A DNA stretch of 64,000 bases from Spirochaetota bacterium (GCA_031402655.1 JANNSO010000054.1:19058-83057), one strand, 5' to 3'. Counted from the stretch's first letter, positions 46,217 to 56,116 are shown. The notes: generated by a model not told the origin, from the sequence alone. Made by a program: numbers and translations.

Positions 46217-46310
46217 AAAGTGGGGACAGGGCTCAGCTAAAACGGCTTACAAAGTGGGGACAGGGCTCAGCTAAATCGGTATATAAAGTGGGGACAGAGC
46301 TCACTATAAA
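46217..46310 (-). repeat. 3 x 34-bp tandem direct repeats, each carrying the word
   Basis: AAAGTGGGGACAGGGCTCAGCTAAA(A/T)CGG.. units start at 46217, 46251 and 46285. Word copies are at 46222, 46256 (exact) and 46290 (GAGCTC variant). Lies between the TonB-like stop and the DUF401-like promoter. Confidence 0.9.
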
Positions 46311-46315
46311 AAAGC

Positions 46316-47260
46316 CTAAAATCGGTAGGTAAAGCTTCCTTCTATGGCGATTTTACCGGTATTGGAGAATTGAGCCCTCTGGAAACCGTATAACACAGCC
46401 TCATCAATATCAGAATAACCGCTGCCGCTTCCGGGCATTATCGTTACTTGCTGGAGTTGAGCGCCTTTTCCAGCCGAATATGCGGCCACCTTAAAGCGGA
46501 GAGTTACAGGTCGCAGGTTTTTGCCATTTTTATAATCTGCTGATTCTGTGTCAAATCCTGCATCCTCCAAAATAATCCAAAGCGTTGGACGAAGGCTAAA
46601 GTCAGGCTGCTTACTATTTTTCAATTGCCAGGAATTCCCCTGCCTCAGATAAGCGGCTTCAAACTCTTTTTTTCGCATGGCGGCGGTACCGCTTAAGCCG
46701 CTCAAGTCCGGTATTCTGGCATATATCGCGTCGGAAACCGTAAAAGGCAGCGGCATAAATAGATTTATGGGCACATAGCCGCCTCGCCGTACGCTGTCCG
46801 GGCTCCCCATTACGGAAATATCGTAAGAATTCCCTGCTTCGGAACCCTTCAAAACGAGATTGCCGGCCCCCGTGGAAGGCTGGGCGATTGGATCAACTTT
46901 AGGTGCTGCCGGTTTGGGCTTAGCCGGGTCCGGTGCGGGAACCATCTTTGCAGGCATAGTTACAGTCGGCGAAGGAACGGACACTTGGGCAGGTTCGGCA
47001 ATTTCAGGGGTTGGCGCATCAGGCTCCGGAATGACGATTTCTTCAGTAGGAGCATCTACCCTGACCTCGTCTACACCCTCAGGTTTGCCCAGCCGCACCA
47101 CGATGGGACCGGAAAAATCCGTGAACTCCTTGACGGAGAAAAGATTGGAGAGCATTATTCCCGCGAGGAGCAAGGCATACAGCAAGGCGGCGATGGAGAC
47201 GGAAGTTATATTTCGTTTACGCTCTTCGCGTCGAAGCCATGCGTCCCGGACACTTGTCAT
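46316..47260 (-). CDS. TonB-family energy transducer
   Basis: N-terminal TM, Pro-rich spacer (PEPDAPTPEIAEP..PAKPKPAAPK), and a C-terminal TonB-like segment SGSGYSDIDEAVLYGFQRAQF. Follows exbB-exbD with a 4-nt overlap. Confidence 0.6.
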   Translation of the reverse strand: MTSVRDAWLRREERKRNITSVSIAALLYALLLAGIMLSNLFSVKEFTDFSGPIVVRLGKPEGVDEVRVDAPTEEIVIPEPDAPTPEIAEPAQVSVPSPTVTMPAKMVPAPDPAKPKPAAPKVDPIAQPSTGAGNLVLKGSEAGNSYDISVMGSPDSVRRGGYVPINLFMPLPFTVSDAIYARIPDLSGLSGTAAMRKKEFEAAYLRQGNSWQLKNSKQPDFSLRPTLWIILEDAGFDTESADYKNGKNLRPVTLRFKVAAYSAGKGAQLQQVTIMPGSGSGYSDIDEAVLYGFQRAQFSNTGKIAIEGSFTYRF

Positions 47261-47673
47261 GGTCCGGGCTTCGCAGTTTGCGTTGCCAGCCCTACCGCAT
47301 CTACCCCATTCTGCCTTAACGCATCCAGAAGACTGACCACAAGCTGATAAGGCGCGGCGGCTTGCGCGGACAGCGTTGCGCGCACGTCAGCCGTGGTCTT
47401 GCCCTCCAGCTGGCTCTTGATCACGGCAACCGCGCCCTTGGCATCGGTGCGCACCTTGTTGACGTACACTTCCTGATCGCTGACCGCGACTACGGAGAGC
47501 TCGGTCGAGGTGATTGCCGCCGCGGTGCTCGAATCGGGCAGGGTCAGGGCGATGCCGGGAGCCATCTTGAAGGTGCTCGAAATCATGAAGAATATAACCA
47601 ATTGAAACACCACGTCGATGAGCGGCGTCAGGTCCACGATGACATTAGGTTTGAGGCGGCGTTCGAATATCAT
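47257..47673 (-). CDS. exbD: ExbD/TolR biopolymer transport protein
   Basis: 138 aa. LTPLIDVVFQLVIFFM signature. Confidence 0.85.
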   Translation of the reverse strand: MIFERRLKPNVIVDLTPLIDVVFQLVIFFMISSTFKMAPGIALTLPDSSTAAAITSTELSVVAVSDQEVYVNKVRTDAKGAVAVIKSQLEGKTTADVRATLSAQAAAPYQLVVSLLDALRQNGVDAVGLATQTAKPGP

Positions 47674-48338
47674 TGGGGGCTTGCCTTGACTGCCGGTTTT
47701 TCCGGCGGTCGCCGGCCGTTTTCGTCGTTCCTTCGGCCCGAGCTTATCATGAGGATGAGGGCGTTGACCTGGCTCTCCATCTTGATGAGGATGAGGTTGA
47801 CCTTGTTTACGAGGATGTTATAGAAAATTACGGCAGGCACGGCGACCACGATTCCTCCCACCGTGGTGATGAGTGCCTCGGACACGCCTTTCGCGAGGAT
47901 GGATGGATCGGCTACCGCTCCGAATCGGCCCAATACTCCGAAAGCCTTCATTGTACCCGTAACTGTTCCCAGCAGTCCCAATAGAGGCGCGATATGCGCG
48001 ATGGTTCCCAAGGTCGATACGTTTTTCTCCAGCCGGGGGATTTCCTGGTTGGCGGCTTCTTTGAGCACTTCTTTTTGGAGGGCGTGCGTGTACTCGCGAT
48101 GATCGATTCCCACTTTGATAAGGGCCGAAAGCGGAGACATGTTGTTGTCACAAATGGACAACGCCTCATTGTAGTGACCTTTTACCACCGACGCCTTTAT
48201 TCGCGCATACAGTTTGTCCTCGTCGACGTTGATTCGCCTAAAATATAACAAGCGCTCAATGATTATGACCGCGCCTACCACGGATAAAAACATTATCACC
48301 CATAATACAAAGCCGCCCAGTACGATAAAATCAAGCAT
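47670..48338 (-). CDS. exbB: MotA/TolQ/ExbB proton-channel protein
   Basis: 222 aa. GLLGTVTGTMKAF signature and three TM helices. Confidence 0.85.
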   Translation of the reverse strand: MLDFIVLGGFVLWVIMFLSVVGAVIIIERLLYFRRINVDEDKLYARIKASVVKGHYNEALSICDNNMSPLSALIKVGIDHREYTHALQKEVLKEAANQEIPRLEKNVSTLGTIAHIAPLLGLLGTVTGTMKAFGVLGRFGAVADPSILAKGVSEALITTVGGIVVAVPAVIFYNILVNKVNLILIKMESQVNALILMISSGRRNDENGRRPPEKPAVKASPQ

Positions 48339-48409
48339 TATAGCGCCTCCATCGTCATTTTTTTCAAAATGTCACGAAAATGCATCTATAAAATAGCACA
48401 TTTCGGGTA

Positions 48410-50269
48410 TTAAATCTGTTTATCCATGTATTCGACGCTCTGATGGCGGAAATAAGTCTCATACAACTGCGCGTAATGGCCTCCGCGTGCGAGCATTTCC
48501 TTGTGCGATCCTTCTTCGATGATCGTGCCTTTTTCCAGCACGATGATCCTATCGGTAAAACGCACGGTGGAAAGACGGTGTGCAATGACTATTGCGGTGC
48601 GGCCTATCATAACCGTTTCGAGGCCTTCCTGAATCTGAGCCTCGGTAAACGGGTCGACGCTTGAGGTCGCCTCGTCCAGAATAAATATCGACGGATCTTT
48701 TAAAAGGACCCTGGCAAGCGATACGAGCTGCCGCTGTCCCATGCTAACCGACGAGCCCCGGTGGCCGGTCTGTGTGGAAAGCCCCTCGGGCAAGTCGTCC
48801 ACCCAGTCTCCCCTTCCCAGGGACCGTGCGGCCTTTTCCACGTCCGCGTCGCTGGCTGCCGGCTTCGCATAGCGGATATTCTCCAGCACGGTTCCGGGAA
48901 ACAGGAAGGGATCCTGCGACACGAGCCCGATGGATGAGCGCAGGGTATCGAGGGGAATCGCGCGGATATCAGCGCCGTTTATAGCTATGGAGCCCCCCTG
49001 GAATTCATAGAATCGGCAAAGCAGTTTTACGATGCTCGATTTTCCGGCGCCGGTCCTTCCGACGATGGCTATTTTTTCCCCAGGAGCAATCCTTAAGGAA
49101 AAATCCGCGAGAACGGTTTCCTTGCTGGAGTAATAAAAATTCACTTCCTGAAACGTTATTTCCGAGCCGCATTTTTCTTCTTCGCCGCAAACGGGAATCT
49201 GCGGCTTTGTTGGTCCGTCGGCCGCGCTTCCGCCCGATTCCGCGGCTGGAGTCTGCCTGACCCGCGGTTCGCGGTCCACGAGGCTGAATACGCGCTCGGC
49301 GGCGGCAAGGCCGTCCTGGAGCTGGCTCCAGAAGCTGGCTATGTTTAGGAGCGGCCACCAAAAATACGCCACTGCCTGCATGAACAGAAACCACTCGCCC
49401 AGGCTTATGGCGCCTGTCCTTACAATCTGGCCGCCAGCATAGGCGACAGCCCCGTTACCGACGCCCGCCGCAATCGCGACCACGGGAAAAATAAGCTGCA
49501 TTACGATGCCGCGCCGCAGATGGTAGCGGTAGGATAGCTTATTGTCGATTTTAAACTCGTTCCATAGCGCCCGTTCCCGGCGAAAACCCTTGGCTACCGA
49601 TATGCCCGAAATCGATTCCTGAATGCGTCCGTTTACTTCCGCGGTAACGCGCTTGGCATTTTTGGTAACGAAGCGGGCAAGTTTGCGGAATCCTATGGCA
49701 ACGCCAACGGCGAGGGGCGCCATGGCCAGAAGCAGGAGCGACAGGCGCCAGCTAATGCCCATCAGATACACGAAGAAAAACGCCACGAGCATCAACTGCG
49801 AAAGGAAATCGGTTACCAGAGCGATAATTCCCGCAAAATCCTCGGTATCCGTAGTTATCCTGCTTACAACCTTGCCCGAGGAGTTCTCGTCATAGAACGA
49901 CAGGTCGTGCTCCATAGCCTTGCCAAAAGCGTCCGAGCGTAATTGGCTGATGCTCTGACCCACGACACGCCCCGACAGGTAATGCCTGGCGAAATTAAAA
50001 AGCCACCCTATGACGCCGAAAGCTCCTACGGCGCATGCCAATCCTATAATCACTCCCGTTGCCGTTGCGGTAGCCGCCGTATCCAACGCGCGGGCAATTA
50101 CCGTAAGGGCAGCGAATTCGGATAGGGCGGCCGCTGCGAGCACAAACCCCACGACGGCGAGCCTGGCCTTGAAGGGCATAAAATAGGCGCCCATCCTCTT
50201 GAACAATTCCCTATCCGTATATTTTCTGTCGTATGCCTCTGATTCGAGGCCGTCCATGATAAAACCCAT
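48410..50269 (-). CDS. ABC exporter, fused permease/ATP-binding subunit
   Basis: 6-TM exporter domain. Walker A GRTGAGKSS, signature VSMGQRQ, Walker B ILDEATS. Confidence 0.9.
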   Translation of the reverse strand: MGFIMDGLESEAYDRKYTDRELFKRMGAYFMPFKARLAVVGFVLAAAALSEFAALTVIARALDTAATATATGVIIGLACAVGAFGVIGWLFNFARHYLSGRVVGQSISQLRSDAFGKAMEHDLSFYDENSSGKVVSRITTDTEDFAGIIALVTDFLSQLMLVAFFFVYLMGISWRLSLLLLAMAPLAVGVAIGFRKLARFVTKNAKRVTAEVNGRIQESISGISVAKGFRRERALWNEFKIDNKLSYRYHLRRGIVMQLIFPVVAIAAGVGNGAVAYAGGQIVRTGAISLGEWFLFMQAVAYFWWPLLNIASFWSQLQDGLAAAERVFSLVDREPRVRQTPAAESGGSAADGPTKPQIPVCGEEEKCGSEITFQEVNFYYSSKETVLADFSLRIAPGEKIAIVGRTGAGKSSIVKLLCRFYEFQGGSIAINGADIRAIPLDTLRSSIGLVSQDPFLFPGTVLENIRYAKPAASDADVEKAARSLGRGDWVDDLPEGLSTQTGHRGSSVSMGQRQLVSLARVLLKDPSIFILDEATSSVDPFTEAQIQEGLETVMIGRTAIVIAHRLSTVRFTDRIIVLEKGTIIEEGSHKEMLARGGHYAQLYETYFRHQSVEYMDKQI

Positions 50270-50271
50270 TC

Positions 50272-52038
50272 TTACACCCTCGCAAAAAGACGGCGATAAT
50301 CATCGGATCCTGCCAAGAGGTCCTCATGCTTGCCCTGCGCCACCAGCCTCCCGCCCTCGAGAAGCAGGATGTGGTCCGCCCAGCGAATCTGCGACAGGCG
50401 ATGCGTAATCAGGAAGGTTGTCCTGCCTTCGCCCGCGCGGCGCATGGCTTTCTGTATTTCATCCTCAGTACGCGAATCCACGGCGCTCGTCGAATCGTCC
50501 AGGATAAGGATGCGCGGGTCGGCTATAAAGGCTCGGGCTATGGCGATTCGCTGCTTCTGCCCACCGGACATGGTTACGCCGCGCTCGCCCACCGTTGTCG
50601 CGTAGCCTTTTTCGAAGCTGCTTATAAAAGCATCCGCCTGAGCCTCCGCCGCCGCCCGGCGGATATCTTCCCCCGTGGCACCGGGCTTGCCGAACGCTAT
50701 ATTTTCTTCTATGGATTTGCCGAACAGGAACACGTCCTGCTCCACGGCCGCCGTCTGCGAACGCAGGCTTTCCAGGTTCCACGCGCGCACGTCCGTACCA
50801 TCCACCAGTATGCTTCCCCTGCTTGCGTCGAACACGCGCGTAACGAGGCGCGCCAGGCTGGTTTTGCCCGAACCGGTCCTGCCAACCACGGCGACGGTCT
50901 GCCCCGGCTTGACGACGAACGAAACGTCCTTGAGGACGCTGGAGCCCTCATCTCCGCCGAAAGAGAAGGAAACATTACGGAATTCGACGGTACCCTTGAT
51001 AGTCTCGCTGCGGCCATTCACGTTTTCATCTAGGTCGGTACGGGCATTTATCGTTTCCAGCACGCGGCCGGCGCTGGAAAGGCCCATCTGAAACAAGTTA
51101 AAAGAAAATAACGAAATAAAGGTGGTAAAACGGAATGCGTCGTACATCATCATGTAGCTAACCGCTTCGCCCGCGCTGATCTGACCCGAGCGCCACAGTA
51201 AAAGCGCGTGAAGGAATCCCGCTCCCCAGGCTATGGCAAAAGCCAACAGGGGCCAATATTTGCCCTCGACCTTGGCTACCTGGATGTAGAGATCGCGGAG
51301 CCTCCCCGCGTTCAGGGCGAACTTGACCGTCTCCCTCACCTCGCCCAGGTTCGACTTGACGGTCTCGATGCCCTCGAGGGAATCGGCAAGGTCGGCGTTC
51401 ATCTGTCCGAAACGCTCCCGCTGCTCGTCGGTCAAGGGATTCAGTTTCCTGTTATAATGCCGTACCGTAATAAACAGGCTTAGCATGAACAGCGAGGGAA
51501 CAAGCAGCAACCTCGGGTCTATAAGCGCCACCATGACAAGGGGGACTATGCTGGTTAGGGCGGAATCGACGATGAGCGCCACACCCGGGGAGAACATCAG
51601 GTTAAGAAAATGTACGTCGTTGGTTGCGCGGGCCATTAGGTCGCCCACCTTCATTTTGGAATGAAAAGTCTGGCTCTTGCCCAACAGCGACTCGAAGAGT
51701 TCGGCACGGGCATCCCGTTCTATTTTCTGAGCCAGGAATTCAAACGACAGGTTTCGGGTTATTCCTCCCAAACCCTGCACCACGGCTGCTCCCGCGATGG
51801 TTCCCGCTAAAATGAGCAAATCGAAGTTCGTCCAGTCGGGACGCGACAGAAGGTCGAAACCGCTTCCCACCAGAAGCTTGACGCCTGCGTAGGCAATATT
51901 ATTGGCAAGGGCAAAAACAAGGGCCAAAACCGGGAGCCACGGGTAGGCCATGATATGGGAAATAATCCATTTGCCTGGAGTCCTGGTATCATAGGCGCGA
52001 GCCTCGCCGGATCTGAACTCGCTTGACTGCTGCTGCAT
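50272..52038 (-). CDS. ABC exporter, fused permease/ATP-binding subunit (partner of the downstream half)
   Basis: Walker A GRTGSGKTS, signature MSGGQKQ, Walker B ILDDSTS. A 2-nt gap to the next ABC gene suggests a heterodimeric exporter. Confidence 0.9.
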   Translation of the reverse strand: MQQQSSEFRSGEARAYDTRTPGKWIISHIMAYPWLPVLALVFALANNIAYAGVKLLVGSGFDLLSRPDWTNFDLLILAGTIAGAAVVQGLGGITRNLSFEFLAQKIERDARAELFESLLGKSQTFHSKMKVGDLMARATNDVHFLNLMFSPGVALIVDSALTSIVPLVMVALIDPRLLLVPSLFMLSLFITVRHYNRKLNPLTDEQRERFGQMNADLADSLEGIETVKSNLGEVRETVKFALNAGRLRDLYIQVAKVEGKYWPLLAFAIAWGAGFLHALLLWRSGQISAGEAVSYMMMYDAFRFTTFISLFSFNLFQMGLSSAGRVLETINARTDLDENVNGRSETIKGTVEFRNVSFSFGGDEGSSVLKDVSFVVKPGQTVAVVGRTGSGKTSLARLVTRVFDASRGSILVDGTDVRAWNLESLRSQTAAVEQDVFLFGKSIEENIAFGKPGATGEDIRRAAAEAQADAFISSFEKGYATTVGERGVTMSGGQKQRIAIARAFIADPRILILDDSTSAVDSRTEDEIQKAMRRAGEGRTTFLITHRLSQIRWADHILLLEGGRLVAQGKHEDLLAGSDDYRRLFARV

Positions 52039-52068
52039 AGAAGCACCTCGCTTAAGATCGGTTATAAA

Positions 52069-53598
52069 TCATTCCGCGATGGCACGCGCTACTTTCAAGC
52101 CGTCGCAGGCGGAGCTTACGATCCCCCCCGACCAGCCTCCGCCCTCGCCGCACAGGTACAGGTTCGGGTAGCCGCAACTGAGCGTCTCGGGGTCGCGTTT
52201 TACCTGTATCGGCGCGGAGGTCTTGCTTTCGAGTCCAAGCAAAATGCCTCCGTCAAAACCTTTGAGGGTTCTGCAGAATTGGGTTAGGCCTTCCTGCAAG
52301 GCCGCGATGATGGGCTGTGGAAGGCTTCTCCGCAAATCCGCCTGGACTGTCCCCAGCGAGTACGTGGATGCCGGAAGAACCGACTTGTCCTTGAGCCCCA
52401 GGAAATTCCTGATGCTCATCGCAGGAGCTTTGTAGCCGCCTCCAAGCGAATAAAAGGATCGCTCGAGGTTTTCGAGCCAATCCAGGGAAGCCTCCGGCTT
52501 GGTGTCCGCGCCAAGCAGCCGCTCCAGATTGATGCCCGCAACGATTGCCGCATTCGCGAATTGGCCGTTGCGCGCGTAATTGCTCATGCCGTTTACGACG
52601 CTCGTTCCTTCGTACGCGGCCGCGGGAACCACCCTGCCCCCTGGACACATGCAGAACGAATATACGCCGGTACCGTCTTTTGCCTGTGCAGCCAGGCGAT
52701 ACTCGGCCGCCTTGACCGCGGGCAGGTTGGGCTTGCCCCATTGTGCCAGGTTTACCATTCGCTGCTCATGTTCGGCGCGAAACCCTAAAGCGAAATTCTT
52801 GTTGCCGAATGGAACTCCGCGGCTCATGAGCATCCGGTAAGTCTCCATGGCGGAGTGGCCGCACGCGAAAATAACGTGGTCCGCGTCGATTACCCCACCG
52901 CCGGTCTCCACTCCGGCGACGGATCCGCTTTTAAGGACTATATCCGTAACCAGCGTGTCAAAAAGGAAGGTGCAGCCCAGCGCTTCGAGATCGTCCCTTA
53001 TCTTCGCGGTCATGGTGAATAAATTATCGCTTCCAAGGTGAGGATGCGTCATGTAGGAAATTTCCTCGGGAGCGCCGGCCTTTATAAAAGAGTCGAACAC
53101 GAAATTGCGCTCCGCATCCAGGCCTTTGGTCCGCGAACTCAGTTTTCCGTCGGAGAAGGTTCCCGCACCCCCCTCGCCGAACGAATAGTTGTTCGATTTC
53201 GGGAATGCGCCGCCCCGCTCGAAGGCTTTGATCGCGTCTTTCCGCTCCTGCACGCGGCTGCCCCGCTCGATGACGGTTACCATAAATCCGCACATGCACA
53301 GGTAGCGTGCCGCGAATGTACCTGCCGGCCCCGAGCCCACGACGATAACGCGGCTCTCGCGTTTCCGGAATTCCGGCGTCAGGACAGGTACCTTGGGTTG
53401 TTCTCCCGTCATAATCTCGACCGAACTTACGCCAACCCTGCATTGCCAGAAAACATCGGGCTTTTTCCTTGCGTCGAGGCTTTTTTTAAGAACCTTAAAA
53501 GTAAAAACCCCAAGACCCGTCCTTTTTGCTATATTGTTCCGAAGCTCCCCATCCTGGGCGCCGCAATGCAAGCGTATGTCATATTCCTCGTATCCCAT
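52069..53598 (-). CDS. FAD-dependent oxidoreductase (COG2509-type)
   Basis: Dinucleotide fold VIVVGSGPAGTFAA, and GEGGAGTFSDGKL typical of the uncharacterised FAD-dependent dehydrogenase family. Confidence 0.75.
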   Translation of the reverse strand: MGYEEYDIRLHCGAQDGELRNNIAKRTGLGVFTFKVLKKSLDARKKPDVFWQCRVGVSSVEIMTGEQPKVPVLTPEFRKRESRVIVVGSGPAGTFAARYLCMCGFMVTVIERGSRVQERKDAIKAFERGGAFPKSNNYSFGEGGAGTFSDGKLSSRTKGLDAERNFVFDSFIKAGAPEEISYMTHPHLGSDNLFTMTAKIRDDLEALGCTFLFDTLVTDIVLKSGSVAGVETGGGVIDADHVIFACGHSAMETYRMLMSRGVPFGNKNFALGFRAEHEQRMVNLAQWGKPNLPAVKAAEYRLAAQAKDGTGVYSFCMCPGGRVVPAAAYEGTSVVNGMSNYARNGQFANAAIVAGINLERLLGADTKPEASLDWLENLERSFYSLGGGYKAPAMSIRNFLGLKDKSVLPASTYSLGTVQADLRRSLPQPIIAALQEGLTQFCRTLKGFDGGILLGLESKTSAPIQVKRDPETLSCGYPNLYLCGEGGGWSGGIVSSACDGLKVARAIAE

Positions 53599-53601
53599 GG
53601 T

Positions 53602-54906
53602 TCAATCCTTCCTTTCTTCGATAAAAGCCGCAGCACTGTTCCCCGCAAGCCAGCCCGTGGAAACGGCCGCCTGGATATTGTACCCGCCGGTGTCGCCATC
53701 AATGTCCAGCACTTCGCCTGCAAAAAACAAGCCGGGAACCAGGCGAGACTGCATGCTCTTCTGGTCCACTTCCTCGAGGCTCACTCCCCCGCGGCTTGCC
53801 ATGGACTCGTTGAACCCTCCGAGAGCTGCGATTATAAAAGATTCACCGGTAATTCCCTGGGCCAGCCGCGCGCGCACACCCTTGGGCAGCTCCGCGGTTT
53901 TAAGCTCATCCCGCACGCCGGCTATCTGGCACAGCTTCAATGCGATTCGCTCGGCTGCGCAAAACTCAGTCACCATGTTCTTGACCAGCCGGCGCGGGTT
54001 GTCGCGCGCGTAATCGGACATGGCGCTTACCGCGTCGTCGAACCTGTCGAAACAGCCCAGGGGAATTCGTATCTCGTATCCGGGACGCATCCACCGGGAC
54101 GCGTCGACTATGCCCGGCCCCGAGAGGCCTGTATGCGTTATCAGCACGTCGTTTAGGTTCCAGGCCACAGTGCGACCCTCGGCGCGGATTTCCACGGGGA
54201 TTTTTTTAAGCGAAATTCCGGCGCAGTCAACCCAGGCAAAGTGGTCGACGTAGACCGGCGAGAGAGCCGGCCCCGTTTCGGCTATCATGTGGCCAAGGCT
54301 CCGGGCAAACGACCAGCCCTCGCCGGTAGAGCCCGTTTCCGGATACGTCGACCCCCCGGTGGCGATGACGATGCTTTTCGCGGCGAAGGAATCTTCCTGT
54401 GCCTGAATCGCAAAGCCGGCTTCCGTGTTATTAATTTTTGTTACATGCACGTTCGTAAAAATACTGATGCCCAGCGATTCGGCCTGTCCGGTAAATGCGT
54501 TGAGTATGTCCAGCGAGCGTTTGGATTCCGGAAAAACCTTGCCGTTCTCCTCGATTATCGACGGAACGCCGCGATCGGCCATGAAGTCCACCAGATCCGC
54601 GTTGGAGAAGGAGTACATGGCGTGCTTGAGGAATCGTCCCGCCGAACCCACGGCGCGGATGCCGTACTCGTCGGGATCGCCGGGCATCTTCGAGCCTCCG
54701 CCGAACTTGCCCAGAAAATCCTCGATATCGCCTTCATGGGTATAGTTGCACTGCCCCGCGCCGGATGTCAGGAGCTTTCGCCCCGGACGCGGTCCTTTTT
54801 CCAATAAAACGACGCTTGCGTCCCGATTGCGCTTCGCCGCCGCAATCGCGGCCATCAAACCGGCCGGACCACCCCCGATTACGACGATATCGTAAGTTTC
54901 CATCAT
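53602..54906 (-). CDS. NAD(P)/FAD-dependent oxidoreductase, HI0933/BaiN-like
   Basis: YDIVVIGGGPAGLMAA, GRKLLTSGAGQCNYTH, and C-terminal FFAGEVLDIDGDTGGYN. Confidence 0.8.
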   Translation of the reverse strand: MMETYDIVVIGGGPAGLMAAIAAAKRNRDASVVLLEKGPRPGRKLLTSGAGQCNYTHEGDIEDFLGKFGGGSKMPGDPDEYGIRAVGSAGRFLKHAMYSFSNADLVDFMADRGVPSIIEENGKVFPESKRSLDILNAFTGQAESLGISIFTNVHVTKINNTEAGFAIQAQEDSFAAKSIVIATGGSTYPETGSTGEGWSFARSLGHMIAETGPALSPVYVDHFAWVDCAGISLKKIPVEIRAEGRTVAWNLNDVLITHTGLSGPGIVDASRWMRPGYEIRIPLGCFDRFDDAVSAMSDYARDNPRRLVKNMVTEFCAAERIALKLCQIAGVRDELKTAELPKGVRARLAQGITGESFIIAALGGFNESMASRGGVSLEEVDQKSMQSRLVPGLFFAGEVLDIDGDTGGYNIQAAVSTGWLAGNSAAAFIEERKD

Positions 54907-55105
54907 TGCACCTCAAAAAACCTCAATATCGCCTAGAGGGAACCTCGAAAACTTGAGTTTTGCGGGGTTCCCTATATTCTTCCCCATAATACCCGTTAAG
55001 CGGCGCGGTGGTCAAATAGCAATCCGCTATTGCATTTCGCAATTCCCCTCTATATTATATGATACTGGACTTACGGTCTGTTCTGTTAATTTCCGGAGGT
55101 GCTAT

Positions 55106-56116
55106 ATGCTGATGCTTCGTTCAAAAAAACTTGTGGGTATCGATCCACGGTCCTGGGAGCATCCCGCGGATCGCGCCGCGCTGGCCGCGCTCAGGCAACT
55201 TCCTGGTTTTGATGAAATCGCGCGAAAAATCATGTCCCTTACCTCGGAACGCTCTCTGCGGCTCTTGTTCATCGCCAATGCGGTAAAAGTAAGCCCGACT
55301 CAATTCCCGCGCATCAAAACCATGATAGACAAGGTTACGGATATTTTCGACTGGCCCCAGACTCCCGATGTGTTCGTTTCCCAAAGTCCGTTCCTTAACG
55401 CGGGCACGTATGGAGCGGACGCGCCATTCATCGTGCTCAATTCTTCCGCGCTCAAGTCCCTGGACGACGATGAATTGTGCTCGGTGATAGCCCACGAGAT
55501 GGGCCACATCATGAGCGGCCACGTGCTCTACAAGACGCTTTTATATTTTCTTCTCAATATTTCTCTTTCGTTTATCCCCGGAGCCGATATCGCCGTAATC
55601 CCCATAGTTCTGGCCCTGAAGGAATGGGACAGAAAAAGCGAGCTGACCGCCGATCGGGCCGGACTCCTGGCGGTGCAGAACGAGGAAGCCAATTACCGCC
55701 TGCTCATGAAAATGGCGGGAGGAGATGACGTAAGCCAGCTTAATCTCAACGACTTCTTCAACCAGGCGGCCGAATACGAGGCCAAAAACGACCTTGTAGA
55801 CAGCGTCCACAAGCTAATGAACTTGCTGGGCGAGACTCATCCCTTTGCGGTCATCCGCCTCAAGGAGCTAAAAACTTGGGCAGCCGGAGGTCATTACTCC
55901 ACTATCCTCTCGGGCAGCTACCTCAGAAAAGGCGTTAATAGCGCAAACTCAGGAGACGAGTTCAAGACCGCATGGGATTCCTACCAAAACGATTTCGGAG
56001 CCAGCGAAGATCCGCTCGCAAAGGCAGCCAAAGGCGTCGGCGACTTTTTATCGCAGGCCGGCAACACGATAAACGCGACACTCGGAGATATATTCGGCAA
56101 CAACAAGCGGCCGTAG
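55106..56116 (+). CDS. M48-family zinc metallopeptidase
   Basis: HEXXH motif AHEMGHIMSGH. Start at ATG 55106, 8 nt after GGAGGT (the track ORF extends to 54953). Confidence 0.85.
   Translation: MLMLRSKKLVGIDPRSWEHPADRAALAALRQLPGFDEIARKIMSLTSERSLRLLFIANAVKVSPTQFPRIKTMIDKVTDIFDWPQTPDVFVSQSPFLNAGTYGADAPFIVLNSSALKSLDDDELCSVIAHEMGHIMSGHVLYKTLLYFLLNISLSFIPGADIAVIPIVLALKEWDRKSELTADRAGLLAVQNEEANYRLLMKMAGGDDVSQLNLNDFFNQAAEYEAKNDLVDSVHKLMNLLGETHPFAVIRLKELKTWAAGGHYSTILSGSYLRKGVNSANSGDEFKTAWDSYQNDFGASEDPLAKAAKGVGDFLSQAGNTINATLGDIFGNNKRP

Noticed and set aside
7817-46302. Interpreting the over-represented word as a Chi-like or KOPS-like (FtsK-orienting, GGGNAGGG-type) polar sequence.
   Set aside because: The word does not contain GGGNAGGG. 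At 12-13 nt it is longer than known Chi/KOPS signals. Both orientations are interleaved within a single 64-kb stretch (e.g. + at 12321, - at 21194, + at 27613, - at 39645, + at 43537, - at 45489). A replichore-polar signal should show one dominant orientation.
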